NCBI GenBank assembly: GCA_023228325.1
Contig: JALOBK010000001.1
Span: 1,925,507-1,989,506 of the forward strand
DNA: 64,000 nucleotides
Origin: a bacterium
Lineage (GTDB): Bacteria; Auribacterota; UBA6266
Direction of reading: 5' to 3'
The stretch's first letter is position 1; every line of letters starts with the position of its first letter. The notes under the pieces are model-generated. The model was not told the origin of the DNA. It worked only from the letters and a program-made list of their open reading frames with translations, and did no database searches. A program made the position numbers and the translations under genes. This document shows, one piece after another, positions 40,877 to 51,296 of this stretch.

Positions 40877-41434
40877 TTAGAGTTTAATCTCCGACAATTT
40901 TCTGTATATCGGCCCTTCGGCGGTTAACTCACTGGAACAAAATGATAACATTTTACAATCAACAAAAGCAATCGGTGTTTTATCCAGTCCGGCAAGAGCG
41001 GGAGCGAACCCTCTGAGCTTTTTTTTGCATCGTCCAAGCGTAAGGTGCGGAAAAAAATCCTCTTCCTTTGATAAGATTTCCTGTTTCTCTGCGGCATCTT
41101 TTACAATCTTGTTCAATTCGGATATTTTCTCCCTGCCTTTTTCAACACCGAGCCAGATTACTCTCGGATATTCCCCTCTTCCAAAAAAACCGAACCCCTG
41201 CAGTGAAAATGTAAAAGGCCTGAAATTTAACAGAGATTCACTGATGGCGCCGGCCAGATTTTTGATATCCGCTTCTTCAAGACAGCCGAAAAAATTCACT
41301 GTGATATGAATATTTTCATTCTTAACCCAGCGAATACCGGCAAAGTCAGATCTTAACGGTTCAATAAATCGGGATATCGCGGTCTTTACTTCCTCAGGTA
41401 TATCAACGGCCAGGAAACACCTGATTTTTTTCAT
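40877..41434 (-). CDS. thpR: RNA 2',3'-cyclic phosphodiesterase (2H phosphoesterase, LigT/ThpR)
   Basis: two HxT/S motifs (HITVNF and HLTLGR); start taken at MKKIRCF. Confidence 0.75.
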   Translation of the reverse strand: MKKIRCFLAVDIPEEVKTAISRFIEPLRSDFAGIRWVKNENIHITVNFFGCLEEADIKNLAGAISESLLNFRPFTFSLQGFGFFGRGEYPRVIWLGVEKGREKISELNKIVKDAAEKQEILSKEEDFFPHLTLGRCKKKLRGFAPALAGLDKTPIAFVDCKMLSFCSSELTAEGPIYRKLSEIKL

Positions 41435-41456
41435 CGTGACATACAATTCCGTGGTT

Positions 41457-42683
41457 TTATTCCGCTATTAAATATTTTCTTAATAAATCAAGGGCGGCGT
41501 AACAGGCTTTTTGCCTTATCTGCTCTCTCTGCCCGATAAACCTGAATTCTTCCGTTCGGCTCACAAACCCGTCATCAAGAGCAATATACACCAAACCGAC
41601 AGGTTTTTCGGAAGTTCCGCCGGAAGGTCCCGCGACACCGGTTATGCTGACAGCAACATCCGAGGTCGCTCTTCTCCTGCATCCTCTTGCCATCTGAAGA
41701 GCGCATTGCGAACTGACCGCGCCCCTGCTCACCAATACATCCTTCGATACCCCGAGGTCAAGGATTTTAAGATTATTGCAATATGTGACATATCCGCCCA
41801 GAAAATACTTTGAACTGCCCGATATGCCCGTTATCATCTCAGATAGCATCCCGCCGGTGCAGGATTCGGCGACAGCTATGGTTTTTTGGTGCTTTATCAA
41901 AAGGTCACCTATAATTTTCTCTATATGCTCGTTCTTTTCTGAATATATGTTTCCCCCGAAACTCTTTTTTATTTCTTCAGCCAGAGCTTCGATGTCGGCC
42001 CCGCCCTTTTTAACTTTCAGCCTGATTACCACTTCTCCCGTTTTCGCGCGAAGGCCGTATGAAAAGTCTTTTCTCCTTTTGAGAATTTCCGCCACTATTG
42101 AATCGACTACTGATTCAGACATTCCGGAAACACAAAGGTATCTCACCTTATCCGAAAAATCAGAATCCTCTTTAAGTCCGAGGAGTTTTAACCCCTCCCT
42201 GATCATGGGTATTAACTCTGAAGGAGGGCCGGGCAGCATTAATATTTTTTTGCTGCCCTCTTCAATAAAGATACCCGTGGCGCTGCCCACGGTGTTCAAT
42301 ATAATTCTGGCTTTTTCAGGAAGCATTGCCTGTTCCCTTATGGAATTTTCCGTAACGGGAGGCGAGGAAAAACGATAGCGTTCCTTAAGCAGATTATAAA
42401 TTTTTGTGTTTTTAACCAGTTTTCTGTTGAAAATTCCGGCCGCCGCCTTCTTTGTCAGGTCATCAGACGTCGGGCCTAATCCGCCTGTGGTTATCACTAT
42501 ATCCGAATCAGAAAGATATCTTTTAATTTCTTTTTTCAGAATATCCATGTCATCAGGCAGGCAAACCTGTTTTAATATATTTCCTCCGGAACGAAAGACG
42601 GCATTTGACAGGCACTGAAAATCCTTATTCAGGATTTCTCCCGTCAACAATTCTTCTCCGATATTGATAATTATCGCATCCAT
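41457..42683 (-). CDS. cinA: CinA (MoCF-binding N-domain plus NMN deamidase PncC-like C-domain)
   Basis: IIINIGEELLTGEILNKD N-terminus; 408-aa two-domain architecture; cinA-recA neighbourhood. Confidence 0.85.
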   Translation of the reverse strand: MDAIIINIGEELLTGEILNKDFQCLSNAVFRSGGNILKQVCLPDDMDILKKEIKRYLSDSDIVITTGGLGPTSDDLTKKAAAGIFNRKLVKNTKIYNLLKERYRFSSPPVTENSIREQAMLPEKARIILNTVGSATGIFIEEGSKKILMLPGPPSELIPMIREGLKLLGLKEDSDFSDKVRYLCVSGMSESVVDSIVAEILKRRKDFSYGLRAKTGEVVIRLKVKKGGADIEALAEEIKKSFGGNIYSEKNEHIEKIIGDLLIKHQKTIAVAESCTGGMLSEMITGISGSSKYFLGGYVTYCNNLKILDLGVSKDVLVSRGAVSSQCALQMARGCRRRATSDVAVSITGVAGPSGGTSEKPVGLVYIALDDGFVSRTEEFRFIGQREQIRQKACYAALDLLRKYLIAE

Positions 42684-42708
42684 ACGGCTCCCGCATCAGT
42701 AAACAGCG

Positions 42709-43323
42709 TCAGTATTCAACAGCATAGCCTTCTTTTTCGGCAAGGTCAAATAAAGCCTGGCCGAATTCCCCCGCAGACTCAGGATTATTGACTGTAACAA
42801 TTAACTTGTCAACTACAACGGGTTCATCCATAAACAGGGCGCCTCCGTTTTTTATTCTGTTTTTCACAGAAATCCATGAAGTAGCCTTTACATCTTTCAA
42901 AACACCGGCATTGGCTAAAATAACAGGGGCGATACAGCTTGCCCCTAAAATCTTATGTTTTTCCGCCGCTTTCCTGGCTATTTCATGCGCGGTTTCATCA
43001 TCCCAGTATTCCGTCGCCCCGCTTCCGCCGATGAAGACAATCACATCATAATCCGCCGGATTAACATCATATATCAAATACAATGCTTCGATGCTGTTTC
43101 CGAGCATTCCCTTGATATGGCCCTTAACCGAAGAAGCTATGTCAACCCGCCAGTTGGCCTGTAGGAATATTTTCATAGGGTAGAAAAGCTCCTCATCCCT
43201 GAAATTCGAACTCGGGATTATAAACAGTATTTTAGGTTCATCTTTACTGGCAAAGGTAAAGTCCCCGCGCATACCGAAAATGAAAACCGACAAAACAAAG
43301 ATCCGGATCAATCGCAACATCAT
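42709..43323 (-). CDS. DJ-1/PfpI family protein with N-terminal signal peptide
   Basis: class-I glutamine-amidotransferase-like fold with nucleophile-elbow Cys (GASCIAP); hydrophobic N-terminal leader. Confidence 0.7.
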   Translation of the reverse strand: MMLRLIRIFVLSVFIFGMRGDFTFASKDEPKILFIIPSSNFRDEELFYPMKIFLQANWRVDIASSVKGHIKGMLGNSIEALYLIYDVNPADYDVIVFIGGSGATEYWDDETAHEIARKAAEKHKILGASCIAPVILANAGVLKDVKATSWISVKNRIKNGGALFMDEPVVVDKLIVTVNNPESAGEFGQALFDLAEKEGYAVEY

Positions 43324-43333
43324 GGATAAACTC

Positions 43334-44020
43334 CTAAATCACTTTTGAATTATTTTTAAAATATTTCTTGTTGTTTAAAAAACATTTATCGCATAAAGCC
43401 GATTTCCGGCAGAACAGTTTACCCGTCTCAACTATCTGAGCATGGTAATCTTTATACAATCCGGATACACCCGGTAAACTTGTCTCGAAAAACGATTTTA
43501 TAGTACCATACTCTGTCCTTTCATCAAAGAAACCATGTCTTGAAAACAGTCTTCTTGTATAAGCATCGACAACAAAGACAGGCCTTTCAAATACATATAA
43601 CAAAATCGAATCGGCAGTCTCCGGACCTATTCCTTCTACAGCCAGCAGACTTTTTCTTAAAGTGTCTGTATCCAGCAGACTCATATTTTTTAACGACCTG
43701 AAATTGCCGTATACGAAAGAACAGAATTTTTTGAGCCTTTTTGCCTTCTGCGCATAGAAACCCGAAGGCCGTATCAGTTTTTGAAGGTCTGCAACCCCTA
43801 TTTCCAGCAACGCGTTTAACGATAACACTTTCTTCTTCTTGAGATTCAGAATGCATCTCTCGACATTTTTCCACGAAGTATTCTGGGTCAAAATCGCTCC
43901 TGCGCAGATCTCAAGAGGCGTATCTGCCGGCCACCAGCGGCTTGGCCCGAAATAATCATGCATCGCATTATATATCTTTAATATGGCGTTGTCTTTTTTT
44001 CCCATAAATATTTTCATCAA
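43334..44020 (-). CDS. HhH-GPD superfamily endonuclease III-related protein
   Basis: WWPADTPLEICAGAILTQNTSW motif plus HhH and a Cys cluster near the C-terminus; N-terminus overlaps the coaX 3' end, so the true start may be internal. Confidence 0.7.
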   Translation of the reverse strand: MMKIFMGKKDNAILKIYNAMHDYFGPSRWWPADTPLEICAGAILTQNTSWKNVERCILNLKKKKVLSLNALLEIGVADLQKLIRPSGFYAQKAKRLKKFCSFVYGNFRSLKNMSLLDTDTLRKSLLAVEGIGPETADSILLYVFERPVFVVDAYTRRLFSRHGFFDERTEYGTIKSFFETSLPGVSGLYKDYHAQIVETGKLFCRKSALCDKCFLNNKKYFKNNSKVI

Positions 44021-44756
44021 TCATAAGTATCGCCGCGCCAAAAAGGGTAAGATCGTTATCTATGATATCAAATACGTTTTCCCTCTCGAATATCCCGGCG
44101 TCCCCTCCGGTGCCGATAACGGTCTTAAACCTGATATTCAGTTCCTTTTCGATTCTGCGCTTTATGCCTTTAACCAGTTCGGCCGTGCCGTAATAAAGCC
44201 CGGCTCTCATGGCATCCGGGGTATTGTCGGCAATAACAGACCCGGGCCTGGCAAATCTGAAATCGGGCAGTAATACGGCTGAAGAGACTAAAGCATTTTT
44301 CGAAGTCCTCAACCCGGGAAAGATGATGCTCCCGTCATAATGATTTGTCTTTTTTATCACATCAAATGTAATTGCCGTCCCGAAGTCGACCACTAAAGAA
44401 GGCGCCTTGTACCTGCCGGACGCCGCGGCGGCATTTGCTATCCTGTCGGCTCCCGCCTGTTTTTTATATTTATCATTTATCTTTATTGTTTTTATCTTTG
44501 AAGGATTAATAAAATATATCCTGCCGGTATAAGCTGCCAGCGCTTTCCTCAGCTCTAATCCGGCTGCGGGCACAACAGCGCTTATTGATATATTTCCAAT
44601 CTCGCTCTTTGATACAATCCTTTTGGCGAAGACAATAAAACCTTTAAGGTCTTCAAGCGGGAATTTTCTTCTTAGTAAGATCTTCCCCCTTGAATAAATA
44701 CCGCTGTCAATGGAAGAATTCCCTATGTCGACACAAAAGATTTTTATCATATTCAC
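43968..44756 (-). CDS. coaX: type III pantothenate kinase
   Basis: CVDIGNS phosphate-1 motif of the ASKHA fold. Confidence 0.85.
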   Translation of the reverse strand: MNMIKIFCVDIGNSSIDSGIYSRGKILLRRKFPLEDLKGFIVFAKRIVSKSEIGNISISAVVPAAGLELRKALAAYTGRIYFINPSKIKTIKINDKYKKQAGADRIANAAAASGRYKAPSLVVDFGTAITFDVIKKTNHYDGSIIFPGLRTSKNALVSSAVLLPDFRFARPGSVIADNTPDAMRAGLYYGTAELVKGIKRRIEKELNIRFKTVIGTGGDAGIFERENVFDIIDNDLTLFGAAILMIDENIYGKKRQRHIKDI

Positions 44757-45724
44757 CCCCGGATTAATTCGCCGGAATTGACTTTTTCAATCGAGTTGTC
44801 CTCTTTGCGTATGATCAAAGCTCCCGTATCATCAAAACCCTGCGCATATCCGTGAACGGTCCTGGAACCGACTTTGATATCTACAATATTACCTAATGTG
44901 GAAGAATAATCTATATATTCCTTAATGAGAGCGCCCTGCTTCCTGTTCTTCACATGTTTGTATCTCTTATCCAGCGCAGCCAACAGGTTTCTTCCGGCTT
45001 CGATTCTGTCAACTCTGTAACCGCATTCATCAAAAACAGATGTTGCTGTGTCTGCGATATCCTGATTCATTTTACGCATTTCCGAGTTTACATTAATTCC
45101 GATGCCCAGTATCACATACTCGACAAGATCGGCTTCTGTTTTTATTTCCGTTAATATTCCGCCTATTTTTTTATTTTTTACCATTACGTCATTAGGCCAC
45201 TTTATAAGCGGCGACAAACCATATTTACGCAGCATTTCACACACAGACAGCGCCGCCAATACAGTAAGAATGGAAGAAACGGACGGATGGATCTGCGGCC
45301 TCAATATCACGGAACACAAAAGATTTTTGGATTTTTCCGAACGCCATAATCTTCCCAGTCTTCCGCGCCCTTTGGACTGATATTCGGCAAAAACAACAGT
45401 TCCCTCCTTTTCCCCGGAACGCGCCTTTTCTTCGGCAATATCGCTTGTAGACAAACATGACTGATAGGTAATAATATTTCCGCCTATAAATTCTGTTTTT
45501 AACCCTATCCCGATCTCCTGCGGAATCAGCCTGTCGGGGACCTTTAAAAGCCTGTATCCGAGATGAGGGACGGCCTCTATCTCATAACCGTTATTTCTTA
45601 TAGCCTCTATATGTTTCCAGATAGCCGTTCTTGTAATACCCAGCTTCTCGGCAATTTCCGCGCCGGATATATAACCCTCTCTATCCGAATGCAGGGCTTC
45701 TATAAGTTTCGCATCGATATCCAT
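44753..45724 (-). CDS. birA: bifunctional biotin--[acetyl-CoA-carboxylase] ligase / biotin operon repressor
   Basis: N-terminal wHTH plus GRGRLGRLW biotin-binding loop. Confidence 0.9.
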   Translation of the reverse strand: MDIDAKLIEALHSDREGYISGAEIAEKLGITRTAIWKHIEAIRNNGYEIEAVPHLGYRLLKVPDRLIPQEIGIGLKTEFIGGNIITYQSCLSTSDIAEEKARSGEKEGTVVFAEYQSKGRGRLGRLWRSEKSKNLLCSVILRPQIHPSVSSILTVLAALSVCEMLRKYGLSPLIKWPNDVMVKNKKIGGILTEIKTEADLVEYVILGIGINVNSEMRKMNQDIADTATSVFDECGYRVDRIEAGRNLLAALDKRYKHVKNRKQGALIKEYIDYSSTLGNIVDIKVGSRTVHGYAQGFDDTGALIIRKEDNSIEKVNSGELIRG

Positions 45725-45734
45725 TTAACTTATC

Positions 45735-46589
45735 TCAGACTGTTTTGATTTCCATTGTAATATCCACACTTGCCGCGGAATGAGTTATCTTACCTATTGA
45801 TATGATATCCACTCCCGTTCCGGCGACTTTCCGGATATTAGCAAGGGAAAGTCCGCCGGATGCTTCAAGTTCGACGGCGCCTCCGGCCAGGGCTACGGCC
45901 GTCTTCAGCTCTTCTATCCCCATATTATCAAGCAATATCCTATCCGCTCCGTTATCTTTTGCAACGGTCACTAATCGCGGGTCGTCGATTTCAACTATAA
46001 CAAATGCTTCCGGCTTCTTCTGTTTCGCGTTTTGAATCGCTTTCTTAACCGCAATTTCCGGTTTCCCTTTAAATAGTTTTAAATGGTTGTCTTTAATTAA
46101 TATCTGATCATATAAACCCATGCGATGGCTTTCGCCGCCTCCTATCGTAACGGCGTATTTTTCCAGGATCCTCCAGCCGGGCGTGGTTTTTCTGGTAGCC
46201 ATTATCCTTGTTCCATACGGCCTGACCGCATTAACGTATTCAGATGTCAATGTCGCTATGCCCGATAATCTCGAAATAAAATTCAGCGCGGTCCTTTCTG
46301 CTTTCATCAATGGCTTGATTCCGCCTCTGATGACGGCAATAACATCCCCTCTTTGAACTGAATCGCCGTCCTGTTTCTTCTTCTTTGTTATTACAAGAGG
46401 GTCAACCATCTTAAAAACATAATCAACCAAATCCAGTCCGGCTGTGACAAATGGCTCATTTGCAATCAATTCCGCAGTGGCCGGAAAATTCTTTGCGGTG
46501 AGAGCGTCTGTTGTAATATCTCCTTTTCCTATATCTTCGCCGAGCGCGATCTTAACGAGCTTCTCGGTGTATTTATCAAAGATATCCAT
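45735..46589 (-). CDS. nadC: nicotinate-nucleotide pyrophosphorylase (quinolinate phosphoribosyltransferase)
   Basis: LGEDIGKGDITT N-terminus and type II PRTase barrel. Confidence 0.9.
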   Translation of the reverse strand: MDIFDKYTEKLVKIALGEDIGKGDITTDALTAKNFPATAELIANEPFVTAGLDLVDYVFKMVDPLVITKKKKQDGDSVQRGDVIAVIRGGIKPLMKAERTALNFISRLSGIATLTSEYVNAVRPYGTRIMATRKTTPGWRILEKYAVTIGGGESHRMGLYDQILIKDNHLKLFKGKPEIAVKKAIQNAKQKKPEAFVIVEIDDPRLVTVAKDNGADRILLDNMGIEELKTAVALAGGAVELEASGGLSLANIRKVAGTGVDIISIGKITHSAASVDITMEIKTV

Positions 46590-46617
46590 ATTTCCCCCTC
46601 TTTAACCTGATTATCCG

Positions 46618-48612
46618 CTACCTGTTTTTCCCGCCTTTCAGGCTGTATATCCTGTCTCTTAACCGGGCGGCTTTTTCAAAATCCAGATTCCCGGCCGCCT
46701 CTCTCATTTCTTTTTCCAGCGCATAAAGTTCTTCGAGTGTTCTATAAGGAACAGGCCCTTCTTTAACGAATGATTCGACAATTTCCTCCGCTTCTTTTTT
46801 TCTATGCGATAAAGCCGCCTGCTCTTTTCTTATTATCGACGCCGGCGTTATATTATGTTTTTTATTATACTCTTCCTGCACTTTTCTGCGTTTTCGCGTT
46901 ATTTCAACAGCTCCTTTTATAGAATCCGTGATCTTATCGGCGTAGAGTATCACTTTCCCGTCAAGATTCCTGGCGGCTCTTCCCGCAACCTGGATCAGGG
47001 AAGTTTCCGACCTCAAAAACCCTTCTTTATCCGCATCGAGAACAGCGACCAAAGCCACTTCGGGCAAATCAAGCCCTTCTCTCAATAAATTTATACCTAC
47101 CAGCACATCAAATTTCCCGTCTCTTAAATCCCGCAGGATTTCAACTCTCTCTATCGCGTCAAGTTCAGAATGTATATATTTTACCCTTATATCCAGTTTC
47201 CTTAAATATAAAGTTAATTCTTCCGCCGTTCTTTTTGTGAGCGTGGTTACAAGCACTTTATGCCCTCTTCCGGCATAATTACTTATTTCGCCGGCTAAAT
47301 CATCTACCTGTGTTTCAAGAGGCCTTATTTCAATATCCGGGTCGAGCAATCCCGTAGGCCTGATTACCTGGTCGACCGGATTGCGGTCCTGTTTCAGTTC
47401 ATAAGGGCCGGGAGTAGCTGAAACAAATAACGTTTTTCCCGACAAACTTTCAAACTCGCGAAAATTAAGCGGCCTGTTATCAAGCGCCGAAGGCAGCCTG
47501 AAGCCGTATTCCACCAGCGTTTTTTTTCTTGATCTGTCTCCTTCATACATACCCCTGACCTGCGGCAGCGTTACGTGCGATTCGTCTATAACCGTCAGGA
47601 AATCTTTGGGGAAAAAATCTATCAGGCATGAAGGCCTTGAACCCTCAACACGTCCGGTTAAATGCCTCGAATAGTTTTCAATTCCCGGACAATACCCGAG
47701 CTCTGAAAACATCTCTATATCATAACGAGTCCTTGATTCCAGCCGCTGCGCTTCAAGATATTTTTTATTCCGGTAGAAATATTTCAGCCGGTCATCAAGC
47801 TCTTCTTCTATCAGTTTGAGAGCTCTTTGTATCTTATCCTCGGGTAATACAAAATGTTTCGCCGGATAGATGCATATATCACTCATTATATCCTTTTTTC
47901 TGCCTGAAAGAGGCTCTATCCTGTTTATTGCCTCTATCCTTTCATCATAATAAGACACGCGGACAGGGTCTTCCCCGTAAGAAGGAAATATTTCGATTGT
48001 ATCGCCTCTTTTTCTGAACGTTCCGGGCGCAAAAGATATATCATTCCTGGCATATTGTATATCAACAAGTTTTTTGATAAGGACTTCCTGCGGGAGGGCT
48101 TCCGAACCGGCTTTCAGGCATATAACCATATTCTCATAATCTTCGGGGGAGCCTAAACCGTAAATGCAGGAGACACTTGCCACAATGATTACATCACGCC
48201 TTGAAAGAAGAGAAGCTGTCGCGGATAACCTGAGTCTCTCAATCTCTTCATTAACGGAAGAATCTTTCTCGATATAAATATCTGTCTGGGGGATATATGC
48301 CTCCGGCTGGTAATAATCATAATATGATATAAAATACTCTACCGCGTTAGCGGGAAAAAAATTCCTGAGCTCGCTGAAAAGCTGGGCGGCCAATGTTTTA
48401 TTATGGGATATTACAAGCACCGGCATATTCATTGCTGAAATAATATTTGCCACAGTAAATGTTTTGCCCGAACCCGTAACCCCTCTTAAAACTTTTTTGT
48501 TCCGGCCGTTGAGGAAAGATTCCGTAATCAGCCTGATAGCCTCCGGCTGGTCTCCCGCCGGCTTAAAATCCGAGGATAACTGAAATAGGCTGGGAGACGC
48601 TTTGCTGTTCAT
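46618..48612 (-). CDS. uvrB: excinuclease ABC subunit B
   Basis: GVTGSGKT Walker A; helicase motifs; C-terminal UVR domain. Confidence 0.95.
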   Translation of the reverse strand: MNSKASPSLFQLSSDFKPAGDQPEAIRLITESFLNGRNKKVLRGVTGSGKTFTVANIISAMNMPVLVISHNKTLAAQLFSELRNFFPANAVEYFISYYDYYQPEAYIPQTDIYIEKDSSVNEEIERLRLSATASLLSRRDVIIVASVSCIYGLGSPEDYENMVICLKAGSEALPQEVLIKKLVDIQYARNDISFAPGTFRKRGDTIEIFPSYGEDPVRVSYYDERIEAINRIEPLSGRKKDIMSDICIYPAKHFVLPEDKIQRALKLIEEELDDRLKYFYRNKKYLEAQRLESRTRYDIEMFSELGYCPGIENYSRHLTGRVEGSRPSCLIDFFPKDFLTVIDESHVTLPQVRGMYEGDRSRKKTLVEYGFRLPSALDNRPLNFREFESLSGKTLFVSATPGPYELKQDRNPVDQVIRPTGLLDPDIEIRPLETQVDDLAGEISNYAGRGHKVLVTTLTKRTAEELTLYLRKLDIRVKYIHSELDAIERVEILRDLRDGKFDVLVGINLLREGLDLPEVALVAVLDADKEGFLRSETSLIQVAGRAARNLDGKVILYADKITDSIKGAVEITRKRRKVQEEYNKKHNITPASIIRKEQAALSHRKKEAEEIVESFVKEGPVPYRTLEELYALEKEMREAAGNLDFEKAARLRDRIYSLKGGKNR

Positions 48613-51275
48613 CTGTTATTCAGAGAGCGCAGATATCTGACCGAAGAATTTATCTTATCAACGTCATCCTGCAATTTTTTCCTTTTTTCGATTTCCTTTT
48701 GCACTATATCTTTGGGAGCCCGTTCAAGGAAATTCCTGTTGGATAACTTTTTAGACACAATTGCCATATCCTGTTCGATCCTGATTATCTGCCCTTTTAA
48801 CCTGTCCAGCTCTGTGTCTATATCAATGGAAGATTCTAAGGTCATAAAAATATTTCCGTACGGAAAAACAGCTGTCGGCATGGCGTCATCCTGTTTATAT
48901 GAAGCCGTTATTTTAATATCATCCGCCTTTGACAATTTTTTTAAAGATATAAAATCATCCTCAAGAAAAGAGATAAATTCCTTATCCTTCGATTTAATGA
49001 TGAAATTCACATTTTTGGACGGAGGAATATTGTATTCGCTCCTGAGGTTTCTCATAGCTTTTATCATTTCATGTTTTATCTCCACACGTGAAACAATTTT
49101 AGCGTCTGATTTTTCAGGTTTGAAATCAGGCCATTCGGCAAACATTATTGATTCACAGGGTTTTTCTTTACCTGAAGCTTCAAACAATTTCTGCCAGATC
49201 TCTTCTGTTATGAACGGCATGAAAGGATGCAGAAGGCGTAATGAAGCCTCTAAAACTTCCAGGAATATTGATATTGTCTTGTTCTTCTTCAAAAGGTCGC
49301 TGCCATATAAAACAGGTTTCACCGATTCGATGTATTTGTCGCAAAACTCATGCCATAAAAAGTCATATATAGCTTGTGCAGAGTCATTAAAGCGATATTT
49401 ATCAAGTGATTTTTTAACTAGTTCGGATGTCTGCGCAAGTTTGTATAATATATATTTATCATCAGACGACAGTTCTTTTTTTGCCGGTTCCTCAAAGCCG
49501 TCCAGTGAATTTAATATGAACCTGGACGCATTCCACAGCTTATTTGCGAAATTTCTCCCGATTTCAAATTTCTGATCGGAAAGATATACATCCTGCCCCT
49601 GCGCCGTTATTACGATAACGCTGAATCTCAGCGCATCCGCTCCGTATTTCCTTACCACATCCAGGGGGTCTATCCCGTTGCCGAGCGATTTCGACATCTT
49701 TCTTCCCTGCTCATCCCTGACGGTTCCGTGTATATAAATATCCTTAAAAGGTTCCTTGCCCATAAATTCAAAACCGGCCATGATCATTCTTGCAACCCAG
49801 AAAAATATAATTTCCGACGCTGTGGAAAGAGTGTGGGTGGGATAGAAATAATCCAGGTCTGTATTTTTTTCAGGCCATCCAAAAGTGGAAAAAGGCCATA
49901 ACCATGAAGAAAACCATGTATCAAGAACATCCTCATCCTGTTTGATTTTTCCGCTCGAGCATTTCGGGCATTTTAAAGGGTCATTTATATCTACTATCGT
50001 TTCTCCGCAATCGCCGCAATACCATACAGGGATCCTGTGGCCCCACCATATCTGCCTGGAAATACACCAGTCTCTTATGTTCTCAAGCCAATTGATATAA
50101 ACTTTAGTCCACCTTGCCGGATAAAATTTTATTTTGCCCGAAGACACAGCTTTTAAGGCGGGTTCCGCCAGCGGCTTCATTTTTACAAACCATTGTTCGG
50201 ATATATAAGGTTCTATAACCGTATGACACCTGTAACAATGCCCGACGGAATGAACATGATTCTCCGTCCTATCAAGCAATTTTTTTTCTTCCAGATCGAT
50301 AATGATTTTTTCCCTTGCCTCATATCTGTCCATACCCTGATATTCGGGCCCGGCATTTTCATTCATCAAACCCTTGCCATCCATGACCGTCAAAGGTTTT
50401 AGTCCATGACGCGCGCCCATTTCAAAATCATTCGGGTCATGCGCGGGAGTGACCTTAACAGCGCCGGTGCCGAATTCAGGATCCACAAATTCGTCGGCAA
50501 TAACCGGTATTTCCCTCCCGGCAAGGGGTAATATCAGGGTTTTTCCTATGAATTTTTTATATCGCTTGTCAGCGGGATTAACCGCTACGGCAAGGTCTCC
50601 CAGCATGGTCTCCGGCCTTGTGGTGGCAACCGTGATATGGCGGGAAGAACCTTTAAAAGGATATTTTATATACCATAAATATCCCTTCTGGTCTTCATGC
50701 TCCGCTTCCTCATCTGACAATGCGGTCCCGCATCTGGGGCACCAGTTGATAATATATCTTCCCCTGTAGATAAGTCCTTTTTTATAAAGGTCAACAAAGA
50801 CTTTCCTGACGGCAAAGGACAGGCCTTCGTCCATGGTAAACCTTGTTCTTTCCCAATCACATGAACACCCGATCTTCTTTAACTGATCGAGAATTCTTTT
50901 TTCATATTTTTCCTTCCACTCCCATACCTTTTTTACAAACTTGTCCCGTCCGATTTTTTCGCGGGTTATATGTTCTTTTGCTAATTCCTTCTCAACCACA
51001 TTCTGAGTAGCTATACCGGCATGGTCCGTTCCCGGCATCCATTCGGCGATATAACCCTGCATCCTTTTATACCTGATTAGAATATCCTGGATGGTATTGT
51101 TCAGTCCATGGCCCATATGCAGGACAGAAGTCACATTGGGCGGGGGGATAACTATTGTAAACGGTTCCCTGTCTTTAACAGGGACGGCATGGAAAGAATT
51201 ACTCTTCTCCCAGAAACTGTATATCCTGTCCTCTACCTGTCCCGGATCGTATTGTTTAGGCAACTCTGTTGGCAT
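48609..51275 (-). CDS. valS: valine--tRNA ligase
   Basis: HMGH (HIGH) and KMSKS motifs; C-terminal coiled coil; 888 aa. Confidence 0.95.
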   Translation of the reverse strand: MPTELPKQYDPGQVEDRIYSFWEKSNSFHAVPVKDREPFTIVIPPPNVTSVLHMGHGLNNTIQDILIRYKRMQGYIAEWMPGTDHAGIATQNVVEKELAKEHITREKIGRDKFVKKVWEWKEKYEKRILDQLKKIGCSCDWERTRFTMDEGLSFAVRKVFVDLYKKGLIYRGRYIINWCPRCGTALSDEEAEHEDQKGYLWYIKYPFKGSSRHITVATTRPETMLGDLAVAVNPADKRYKKFIGKTLILPLAGREIPVIADEFVDPEFGTGAVKVTPAHDPNDFEMGARHGLKPLTVMDGKGLMNENAGPEYQGMDRYEAREKIIIDLEEKKLLDRTENHVHSVGHCYRCHTVIEPYISEQWFVKMKPLAEPALKAVSSGKIKFYPARWTKVYINWLENIRDWCISRQIWWGHRIPVWYCGDCGETIVDINDPLKCPKCSSGKIKQDEDVLDTWFSSWLWPFSTFGWPEKNTDLDYFYPTHTLSTASEIIFFWVARMIMAGFEFMGKEPFKDIYIHGTVRDEQGRKMSKSLGNGIDPLDVVRKYGADALRFSVIVITAQGQDVYLSDQKFEIGRNFANKLWNASRFILNSLDGFEEPAKKELSSDDKYILYKLAQTSELVKKSLDKYRFNDSAQAIYDFLWHEFCDKYIESVKPVLYGSDLLKKNKTISIFLEVLEASLRLLHPFMPFITEEIWQKLFEASGKEKPCESIMFAEWPDFKPEKSDAKIVSRVEIKHEMIKAMRNLRSEYNIPPSKNVNFIIKSKDKEFISFLEDDFISLKKLSKADDIKITASYKQDDAMPTAVFPYGNIFMTLESSIDIDTELDRLKGQIIRIEQDMAIVSKKLSNRNFLERAPKDIVQKEIEKRKKLQDDVDKINSSVRYLRSLNNR

Positions 51276-51296
51276 TTTATAACCGTAATTGAATTA

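Noticed and set aside
48712-49575. 287-aa plus-strand ORF inside valS, with many similar plus-strand ORFs antisense to minus-strand genes (for example 15015-15545, 12304-12720, 57517-58029, 41776-42378)
   Set aside because: These are shadow ORFs on the opposite strand of strongly supported conserved genes. They are low-complexity, have no recognisable motifs and no RBS.
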